Source of the DNA: Basidiobolus ranarum | Lineage: Eukaryota | Length of the DNA: 20,000 nt | Direction: 5' to 3' | Assembly: GCA_040143965.1 (NCBI GenBank) | Contig: JASJQH010000004.1 | Span: 50,575 to 70,574, forward strand | Shown here: positions 11,394 to 20,000 of the stretch, piece after piece | Layout of the letters: every line of letters begins with the position of its first letter | How positions within the stretch are numbered: the first letter of the stretch is position 1 | Program-made: the position numbers and the translations under genes | The notes under the pieces: generated by a model | Databases searched by the model: none | Seen by the model: the letters and a program-made list of their open reading frames with translations, nothing else | What the model was told of the DNA's origin: nothing

Positions 11394-12742
11394 ATGCCAA
11401 CACTAGGCTATTTGGTGTCTTCCACTCTAAGACACACCCGTAAAACAGTAAGTTTCTCATAACGCTCGTACACCTCTGAATTGTATCCAACTAATGCTTG
11501 GAATAGGAATGTTTTACTAGGAAGTGGTCACGATTTTACAACAGTGCTTCTAACCAAGCACATTTCTACAACAATCGTGTCCTTGACAAATATCTTGTAC
11601 AACCAAGTCGAAAACTAACCTTGCGTCAACTGGCATTCTATGGTCGTAATTTAACAGAGGAGCGAGTCATTAATAGTGGCAATTATGTCAGAACTGAGCT
11701 CCCAGTAAGATTAGCCCACAGAATTAGAGATATGCAAAATCTTCCATTTATCACAGCGACAAATCCACACTTGGAGACCGTGTACAATCTTTATTGGCAG
11801 GCGTTTGATAAGTTTCGAAGTGTGCCCCAAATCCAGAGCATGGAGGATAATCGTCACTTTTGCGAACTCCTCAAGTCCCTTATGGAGGAACATTTATATG
11901 TAATCCCCAATCTAGCGATATTTTGTTCGGAGAGCTCCCATTACTTGGTCCGACAGCAGTTAGATCAATTCATGAATGAAATCCTTCGTTCTCGCATCTC
12001 TCGTCGTGTTCTTGCTGAGCAGCATATGGCTATTTCGGATGCTCTGGAAAATCAAAAAACTGCCATGCAAGATGATCATATAGGCATCGTATTACCTCGT
12101 TGCGTTGCTAGTGAAATCGTTCAGAAGTGTGCTAATTTGGCTCAATCGGAATTCAAAAGTGCCTATGGAATAGCCCCCAAAATACACATCAATGGGCACG
12201 TAGATACTATTTTTCCGTATATTCCAGACCATGTGGAATATATCATACACGAACTTCTAAAGAATTCCATCAATGCAGTGGTTCGTAAACACGGTAAAGG
12301 CAAGAGTCTACCTGACATTGTGGTAACTATTTGTGAGGGACAACAAGATGTGATCTTTCGAGTCTCCGATCAAGGAGGAGGGATTAACAAAGAAGAGTTA
12401 GATACCATCTGGTCTTATGGATGTAACAAACTCAAATCTGCAAACTTCGAAAAAGTCCCCAAAATGGCAGCAAAGATGACCGAGAGTAGCAGTATCGTGT
12501 CGCCTCTGCTAAGTTTAGGGATCGGCCTGCCAATGTCGAGAGTCTATGCCAATTACTGGGGTGGACGTCTTGAAGTGAGCACTATGGAAGGATTTGGCAC
12601 CGATGCTTATCTGCATCTTTGTAAACTGGGCAACTTGCCAGAAAACATAGACCTCGATGATCCAAGCGAACATGCCGGCCTGATGATGACCAACAAGCTA
12701 GGCCATAAGCAAACAACAATGGCTACACCCATATTTAGGTGA
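11394..12742 (+). CDS. Mitochondrial alpha-ketoacid dehydrogenase kinase (PDK/BCKDK family, fungal Pkp2/BCKDK-like), ~429 aa
   Basis: Exons 11394-11447 and 11507-12742 (59-nt GTAAGT..CTAAT..TAG intron). Basic, hydroxylated presequence; LTLRQL, ELPVRLAHRIRDMQNLPF, SRISRRVLAEQH; GHKL boxes ELLKNS, SDQGGGI, GIGLPMSRVYA, EGFGTD. Confidence 0.92.
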
Positions 12743-13213
12743 CGAGCCATGGATATTTAACTCCTACCAAATGTTTAATATATGAGAAAACCATTTTGTT
12801 CATAATAATCTTTAAAGCTCAGATTGACACTAAGCGACCAATAACCCCCCGTATGTACAGTATTATACTAAACCGCCATCTTTGAATGAAATCTCTCGTT
12901 ATTATCCTCTTGACGTAGTAAACCCTAATTAAAATCCATTTAAGAGCCCCAACATTTCCCAGCAATTGAATTATTTAGTTGATGTAGCTACGCGTTAACT
13001 CTATGGTTATCGTTAGCAACATCCTCACATTTCTTCTCAGCTTTATAACCAGCCTATTACTAAAGAATACAAAAGACTGTTTGGTTAGGTAGAGACAAGG
13101 GCTATTGGCACAGTTTTACACTAAACAATCTATTTTATTGATTTCTTTCGTTATAAAGGGAGATTTTTCTTAAACACACTCCAAAGTGAATCATACGGTT
13201 GAGAATCCTAGTT

Positions 13214-14727
13214 TCAATCCTGTTTGTTAGTTATTCTTCTTGCCACTTTAGCGACTTGGTCTAGACGATTGATCACTTCCCATACACCATCCTCAAAGCT
13301 GGTACAATGATAATGGATTGAATATTTCTCACAAATCTTCTGAACTTGTGGTTGAACTTTATGGAAACTATGACGAGGAAGAGCTGGGAAAAGATGATGT
13401 TCAATCTGGTAATTTAACCCACCAGTGAACCAAGTCACCAACCAACTGGGTCTTACATCACGACCGGTGATAATTTGCATAGAGTAGAAGTCCATCTTCT
13501 CTCCTTCTTCACGGGTAAGAACGGGCATACCATTATGATTAAGAACGAATACCAAAGCGAGAAGAAGTCCACATCCACCTTGTGATAATGCAAGGTACAA
13601 AGCGATCCGAATTGGTGTTTTAACCAGAAGAAAGAGTACACCAAAGTACCAAGTCCAATGAAGACCGATAGAAACTTGTTCTAAAATTCCCACTGGTACT
13701 CTAGCTTTTCTAGGTAATTTTTTTTGTCCATTAGGTAAGACGAAAAGAATGCTTCGAATGGACCAAGCTAACTTTGCAAATGTCATAATGGGGAAGATCA
13801 AGAGGGCTTGATTTCTTATCATGAATTTACCCACGGTAGCTGCGAGTTCTTCATCGGGAACACTGGCAAAGAACTCAAGGGCATGGTCTGACCAAGCAAG
13901 GAATGGTAGTGTATCGATATCTGGGTCTACTTCGTAAACATTGGGTGCAGCATGGTGAGTGTTGTGCTTATTCTTCCACCAAGCAGGGGAGAATCCAAGA
14001 CAAACTCCACCCACCAAATCACCTATCATATCATTAAAGGATCGATTTTGGAAGACTTGATGATGTAGGACATCATGGGCCAACCAGCCACATTGTTGCC
14101 AAAACACCGCCATAATCAATGCGGAGAGCATCTGTGCAATCAAATGATCCCCATAACCGATCAATAAATACATGGAGAATGCCCATAGAGTAAGAGTGGA
14201 TGTCAGTTTGAAAAAGTAGTAGGTCTTATCCGATTCAAAGTAACCAAGCTTCTCAAAATGCCTCTTAAGTTCACGTATCTCTCGAATGAAGTCATCTAAA
14301 CAAATAGGTTGAGTAACTATAGGTCAGTGGCAGTGGCAGTGGCAGTGGCGCTAATAACACTGGCTCTACCTTCTTTCGGGACAATACAATCTTCCTGGGC
14401 CAAGTCACCAACATAGTAGTTGGAAAGGGTTTCCTGTGACGAATCTGGATGAAAAGAGTGGAAGGCATCGGTGCCATCTTTACCGACGTGGGTTAAAATC
14501 ACTGCACCACCGGGGTGATCAGGAATGAATTCGCTAATGTCATATACTTTGTTATCGATGATAGTGTAAAGAGGACCATCATTCCCAGATTCTTTCACTT
14601 CCGCGCGAGTGAACGTTTGGGTACCTTCAAGTTGGGTTAGTAAAAGTATCCATAGAAATTTCAAGTTGGGTTAGTAAAAGTATCCATAGAAATGGTATCT
14701 CATCTAAAGGCACTGACCCGTAGTCAT
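13214..14727 (-). CDS. Front-end (delta-6-like) fatty acid desaturase with N-terminal cytochrome b5 domain, ~448 aa
   Basis: Exons 14727-14718 (ATG ACT ACG G), 14624-14370 and 14295-13214. HPGG heme motif; His boxes HDVLH, HNTHH, QIEHH; WQQCGWLAHD, DPDIDTLP and WFTGGLNYQIEHHLFP are typical of Mortierella/Mucor delta-6 desaturases. Confidence 0.93.
14325..14348. repeat. (CAGTGG)4 microsatellite inside desaturase intron 2
   Basis: Four perfect hexamer copies within intron 14296-14369. Confidence 0.9.
14626..14693. repeat. Perfect 34-bp tandem duplication inside desaturase intron 1
   Basis: TTCAAGTTGGGTTAGTAAAAGTATCCATAGAAAT at 14626-14659 and 14660-14693. Confidence 0.95.
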
Positions 14728-15150
14728 TTCGATGATGACAACCTTAATTGATAAAAAATGAGGAACTTGTGGTTAATTTTATATTGTGAATGCATTTTTG
14801 TGCCTTATTTTAATCCTGGTTTGGACTAGATCCTGGTAAATTATTTTACATTCAATCTTCATTAGTACAATCAACGGATCATATGATTGTATTCTGGATT
14901 CGGAAGCATGAAAATGATAATCCAGAGCCTATGTCCGCGAGTCTCAATTGGATGGTACCAAAGAGGAAACATGGATTTTTAATGTCAAATAATAGGGGCT
15001 CCACATGACAGTTTCACAACATAGAGGGGAGAGGTGGATAAACGTTAAATTAAGGATTATTCTATGTGTTGAGGTTATAGTGACACCTCTAAGGGATGAC
15101 AGTAGTGTTCTAGGTAGCTCTACTTCACTATGTTACTTGGTGATTTCTCA

Positions 15151-15660
15151 CTAGGCATGCATGCAAACCCATCCTCCACAGTAGTAACGCATGTTCCAGA
15201 AACGCTTAAATATGCTCTTGTGCTCTACGGGAGACAAGCTTAATGGTTCATTTGTGTTCGATGATTCAGTAATCTTGCTGTCTACAGAGACAATTTCATC
15301 TCGAACAACTGACTCTCCATCATGCTTTATATGGGAGCACACTAAGCCATTGCAATGATAGTACGTATCCCTGAGCCCTTTGAACATTATCAATAGACGT
15401 TGGACAAGTCCAGTTTCAGGAGAGTACAGGCTATCCCGGGGTTCGTATTCGTGGGTCATTTTACTCTTCAACAAACTTGTGGTATCAAAATCATTCGATT
15501 CTAAATATAAAGGATCGAGAGGTTGGTTCTGAAGAGAGGGTGAAGCAAGTTCAGTATCGGCAGATTGTTGAACAGATAGATTTGACATAGGCAAAGCCTC
15601 ACTCTCATAAACAAATCTTAAGGAGAAAATGGCTACAGAGATAATTGTGGTGATTCTCAT
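15151..15660 (-). CDS. Small secreted protein / putative peptide precursor (169 aa) with two Y-[YH]-C-[NG]-G-[LW]-V-C-[SM]-H motifs
   Basis: Intronless ORF. Signal-peptide-like N-terminus (MRITTIISVAIFSLRFVYESEA|LP), acidic/Ser-rich spacers, repeated motifs YYHCNGLVCSH (aa 100-110) and YYCGGWVCMH (aa 159-168), and a KR site at aa 152-153. Confidence 0.78.
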   Translation of the reverse strand: MRITTIISVAIFSLRFVYESEALPMSNLSVQQSADTELASPSLQNQPLDPLYLESNDFDTTSLLKSKMTHEYEPRDSLYSPETGLVQRLLIMFKGLRDTYYHCNGLVCSHIKHDGESVVRDEIVSVDSKITESSNTNEPLSLSPVEHKSIFKRFWNMRYYCGGWVCMHA

Positions 15661-16095
15661 GGCTCTAGTAATAGGTTTGATAGCATATTTGAGGTACTAG
15701 TCACCGTACTTATAGAAATGAAAACCATCCTTCTTAATTCATTCAATGAGTTACTCCTTGTCTTGTACATTCAAATGTTATTCTAAGAATGTATCTTTGA
15801 GCTAGGGGAGATAATCGTGGTGAGAAGTATCAATTTAGTTTAAAGGTCGTGTGTAAGTGGCATATCTACGTTTGCAGTAACTCCTTTGATAGTATAGCTA
15901 TTTCCGTGTTTTAATGCTAGAAAGTACGGCTGAAAGATTACTTAGGCTATTGAAATTCTTCGTTGTTGAAACCGGTTAGGATGTATGTTATCAAAGGTAC
16001 TGTCTATTGATCCCTTTCACGTGAAATATTCTCAGAATGGACATGATCTCAATCAGATTATCCAACCATGAAATTCTGTTTCAAATCATTTGAAA

Positions 16096-17430
16096 ATGAA
16101 TGTAAAACATACGTTTCATATTCAACTCCCAAAAAGGATGATTGCCTAATTCAGTTAGAATTTTGCATCTCTGTTGTTCTTCCTGTTTCGCTTATCGTTC
16201 ACCATGGTGTTCAACGCGACAGTAGGTGCACTGGTGTCTTCGGTGGGAGTGAATTTGGCTTCCTCTCTTCAGGAGAGTGTCAGTCCCACCACAAACATTC
16301 TGTTCTCACCGTTGTCTATATTTTCTGCTCTTTTTATGTTGCTCTATGGAACAGCAGAGAAAAGTCAAAGTCGGTCAGAGCTCCTGCAGTTCTTTGGAAC
16401 ATCAAGCTCCCATGGAAATATACTACCTCAGCTTGCTGGCACTTTTCATGATTTCTTTCAACCACTGATGGGTGACCACGAGAGCAACAAGGCGCTAGAT
16501 AGTTCTAATGCAACTTTCTTACTGGAAAACTCGTTATGGGGAAAGTCCTTCAAACCAAGTTATATTGATCTGGCTAAAATGAAATTTTTTGCCTCGGTAT
16601 TCCCGCAACTACCGACAGCCGAGAAAGTAAACAGCTGGGTCGCACGAAACACAAAAAATCACATCACCAAAATCCTTCCACCCAAGTTTTCCTTGAATCC
16701 ACGAAGTTTGTTACTAGTTAACACCGTGTTCTTCCACGGTAAATGGAAAAATGAATTCAAGTCTAGTCTAACCAGAGAAGAAGAGTTCCGAGTATTGAAT
16801 GGAAAGCCGATCAAGACAAAAATGATGAATTCTTTCAAAGCAAAATGGGGCTATGATGAAACCGAGAACTACCAAGTCTTAGATATGCCGTACACCGATG
16901 ACCGGTTCGTGGCTACAGTGGTATTACCACGGAATATACAGTCTTTTGCTGATTTCTCAAATAATTTGAGTAAGGAGGATTGGACATCCATCTTCAGCGG
17001 AAATAGATACAGACGCCAGGTGAATCTAAGCTTACCCAAGTTTGACCTGGAGCAAGCGTTAATGTTGAATCAAGCGCTGAAGAAAGCTGGGGTTGGAAAA
17101 ATATTCGATAGTGATGCCAAACTCACCAATCTGTCCAAGTCACCATTTTACGTCAGTGATGTGTTGCATAAGTGTCGTATAGAAGTTGATGAAAAAGGTT
17201 GAATTAGTAGAAAAGCTATTGATTTAAAGTAAAGCTCGATTGTACTAATGAATTCTCTGATAGGTTCAAAAGCTAGTGCCGCTACTGGGATTTTCATGGC
17301 ATATGCAGCGGTACGCATGCCAGAGCGAACTCCTGAAATGAGATGTGATCGACCATTTTTGTTTGTTATTCGGACTAAGACTGGAGTTCCTATGTTTATT
17401 GCGTACATTTCCAAGCCTAAGAGCCTCTAG
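16096..17430 (+). CDS. Serpin (serine protease inhibitor), probably inhibitory and possibly secreted
   Basis: Motifs NILFSPLSIFSAL, VNSWVARNTKNHI, LVNTVFFHGKW, VLDMPY, LPKFDLE, HKCRIEVDEK|GSKASAATG, DRPFLFVI. Clear intron 17198-17263. The start is uncertain: ATG 16204, or a micro-exon 16096-16101 spliced to 16159 that adds a hydrophobic leader. Confidence 0.92.
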
Positions 17431-17708
17431 AGATAAATGTAAGAAATGACATTCATAATAAATCACCAAGTAGACTGAAACTTACGGCAGATTAGAGTTT
17501 ATTATTTCAGTTATTGATATTAGTGCCATTTTTTATCACCCTAGAGAGTATATTACACATGTAAGTAACGTATAATATGAATCAGAATATACTGGCTCGC
17601 CATTTCGGAATATTATTTTTTTTTTCTACTGAAAAGTTTCATAATAAGAGTATCGGCTTTTCTCTTTTCTTTCGCAAGTACAATAGCACTTACCTTACTA
17701 CAGTCGAA

Positions 17709-17897
17709 ATGTCACGTCAAGTCCACCCCATACGCGTTGAAGTAGTGTCCTCCAAAGCTCTATCGACACAAAGCGCCTCCAAGCGTATGAAAAAATTTCT
17801 TGCTGAAAACACCGCTGTCCACACCATCCCAAACTCCGTCGTGTATCAACTTAATGAAATTAACCGTGCCATCAAAAAGCCCTCGAAAAAGGAATAA
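17709..17897 (+). CDS. RPA14: Small basic protein (62 aa), RNA polymerase I subunit A14 (Rpa14/Ker1)-like
   Basis: MSRQVHPIRVEVVSSKALSTQSASKRMKKFLAENTAVHTIPNSVVYQLNEINRAIKKPSKKE matches the recalled A14 layout: a P-strand (yeast PVVIH), helix 1 ending FL/FI-x-E, and helix 2 S...QL..I.R..K (yeast SSISQLKRIQRDFK). ATG context GAAATG is good; the in-frame upstream 44 codons look UTR-like. Confidence 0.55.
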   Translation: MSRQVHPIRVEVVSSKALSTQSASKRMKKFLAENTAVHTIPNSVVYQLNEINRAIKKPSKKE

Positions 17898-18476
17898 GCT
17901 ACACTTGAATTATTAAAAGAAATGCTTTAGAAAACCTAGAACAATAACTAACTACCTTGGCGTCGTTAGAGAATGCTTAACTAATGTATATAAAGTCATC
18001 CGTTTAGAACAAAACACGTTTTACGAGAATATTCATCCAATTACCACTCTAACTCTTTCGCTTCTTATGATATATGTCGTATCTATGCATCTAATTGAAC
18101 TGTGCATACACTACTTTTAAATAACTACTATTAGAGCTATATAAAATACAAGCAATAACTACCTGCACTTAGTTGCTCACCGCAGTAAAGCTTGACAGAG
18201 TGGAATTATAGTTATTCCACTTTTTTTATTACGCCAAAGCTAATGAATAATCTCATGCTTGGAACGGTAATTTTCGATCATGCCAATCAGCTAACAGTTT
18301 TTTTTAATCAGCCATTTTTTTCACTCTTGTGGATAAAGGTACATTGAATGAGTGTACGTGAAATTTTGAGATAAGCCTTAGAGTGCAGTAGAATATTCAC
18401 TTGGAAATATCTTTCACCGAAGATATTGGAACCAAAAAGTCAAGTGAAATAGTTAGTTAGGTTATTCTCACATAAT

Positions 18477-20000
18477 ATGCAGTATTTGAAACCAACAACT
18501 CAACGTACCTTGGGGGGACCTATGAAAAGTGTATTATCTCACTTGACTAGACGTAGAGTTTTGATCGCCCGACCTTTTAGTGTACTTGGAAGTCGTCAAG
18601 TACAAAATAGCACCCCTTTGGAATCCGACAGTCACAAAACGTCACAGCCAGTTAATCTTCTTAAGCTTAAAAATGAATTTAAATTATCTGGGAACTTTTT
18701 GGCAAAATACAAGGAGGCCATACCTCCGTTTGGGTTCAATGGACTTGGTGAACTTGTTTATCGTAGAACCTATTCTCGCTTAAAGCCCAACGACGAACGA
18801 GAACAATGGTATTGTAACGAGAGTTTTGGATATCAATTGATTGGCGACCCTTCTAATTTCCTTTATGCTCTAAAGGTGGGAAACAGTCGAACGCGTGGTT
18901 AACGGTACCTATAATATGCAAAAAAGATGGATTGAGCAGAACGATTTGATTTGGGATGCTTACAAGGTATTTGTTGTGTGGTGGAATCTTCTGTGTAGTC
19001 CATATGTACTGATATCCTCATGATCTTTAAGGCACAAATGTCTGCTCAGCGTATGTACGATCGAATCTTTAATATGAAATTCTTACCTCCTGGAAGAGGT
19101 CAGCCATATACCTTTCTATTATCACATCATGAACATACCAACTTGTATTGATAACCTCGTTTTATCCAAGGTCTGTGGGCCATGGGATCACCCTTGACCG
19201 AGGAACGAGGCATTTTTGCTGCCCTGAATAATTGTGCTTTCGTTAGTACGGAGAATATGTGGGATGGTAGAAACGCCCCGAGTCGTCCGTTCACCTTTCT
19301 GATGGATGCTACCATGCTAGGGTGAGATTTTGAATCAACATTTATCAACAAGCTAGAAATGCTTAAAACTCTTTTAAATCAGTGTAGGGGTTGGTTTCGA
19401 TACCAAAGGTGCTACCATCGCTCAGGAACGAGGCAAGATTGTTAGTGAGCCGAATGTTTCTAAGGGTTCTTTAATCTATACCATTCCTGATTCTCGAGAG
19501 GGTAAGAGCATTCCTCACAGTGTTCATTGGATACTTGGCTGATGAGTTGCATTATTACAGGATGGGTTAAATCCGTTGAGCTTTTGATTGATTCATATTT
19601 CGACCCCAAACTAAACAGCCCGGTAAGAGGGGCTTTATGATGGTTAGCTTCCAACAAACACAATATTAATCCATCTTTGCTGCATAGGATTTCAATTATG
19701 ACCAAATTAGACAAGCCGGACTTCCGATCAAGGTAACCTCGTTTGCATTTCCTACGCCTCTATTGTTTGCACTAAACCATCTGTGTTAGGGATTCGGTGG
19801 GGTCTCTTCCGGGCCGGGCCCTTTAATAGATCTTCACAATCATATCCGTACGACTTTGGACAAAAACATTGGTGCTCCTTTGACTGTGACCTCCATAGTG
19901 GATCTGATGAACTTGATAGGGGAATGCATAGTGAGCGGTAATGTTAGAAGAACAGCCGAGATTGCTTTCGGTGATCCTATGGATGACGAGTACATTGACC
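18477..20000 (+). CDS. nrdJ: Adenosylcobalamin-dependent class II ribonucleotide reductase (monomeric ribonucleoside-triphosphate reductase type), 5' part; continues beyond window
   Basis: Exons 18477-18808, 18876-18966, 19032-19098, 19171-19321, 19383-19501, 19561-19622, 19688-19732, 19790->20000, with seven GT-AG introns of 57-72 nt, all in phase. Spliced protein: PPFGFNGLGELVYRRTYSR..EQWWETVERVVNG..FLPPGRGLWAMG..AALNNCAFVST..PFTFLMDATMLGVGVGFDTKG..IPDSREGWV..IRQAGLPIKGFGGVSSGPGPL..IVDLMNLIGECIVSGNVRRTAEIAFG. Alternative ATG at 18522. Confidence 0.95.

Noticed and set aside
14317-14664. ORF with apparent signal peptide MKFLWILLL and ATATATAT tail
   Set aside because: Both ends are translated intron sequence (the 34-bp duplication and the hexamer repeat) flanking desaturase exon 2.
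16068-16451. 127-aa Cys-rich ORF overlapping the serpin start
   Set aside because: Off-frame to the serpin, no compatible splice into the serpin frame, and no recognisable domain.
18199-18227. 8-bp hairpin (AGTGGAAT/ATTCCACT) followed by a T-run upstream of the RNR, resembling a bacterial terminator or riboswitch remnant
   Set aside because: Weak AT-rich stem in eukaryotic intergenic DNA and no cobalamin-riboswitch B12-box visible; an Infernal/Rfam scan would settle it.
11394-20000. Idea of a B12/mitochondrial metabolic cluster (BCKD kinase plus class II RNR)
   Set aside because: The genes are 6 kb apart with unrelated genes between; no evidence of functional clustering.
1-20000. tRNA/rRNA genes, transposons, CRISPR arrays
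   Set aside because: None recognised by eye: no cloverleaf/T-loop signatures, terminal repeats, transposase/RT motifs or repeat-spacer arrays.

Overview
Gene-dense, intron-rich eukaryotic DNA with short GT-AG introns (mostly 51-75 nt, often with CTAAC-type branch points). Gene content (RIM15-type kinase, front-end desaturase, serpin, cobalamin-dependent class II ribonucleotide reductase) points to an early-diverging, non-Dikarya fungus; this is inference. Eight protein-coding genes were reconstructed by hand: (1) RIM15/Cek1-like PAS-kinase-REC gene (-, runs off the left edge); (2) a 10-exon coiled-coil protein resembling the plant At4g15545/NAIP family (+); (3) a mitochondrial PDK/BCKD kinase (+); (4) a delta-6-like desaturase (-); (5) an unrecognised secreted precursor with two C-x-G-x-V-C-x-H motifs (-); (6) an inhibitory-type serpin (+), divergent from gene 5; (7) a 62-aa RPA14-like protein (+); (8) an intron-rich monomeric class II RNR with a mitochondrial-type presequence (+, runs off the right edge). 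The best candidates for new biology are the peptide precursor/serpin pair, the apparently mitochondrial B12-dependent RNR and the fungal NAIP-like gene. Family assignments come from recalled motifs; no searches were run.
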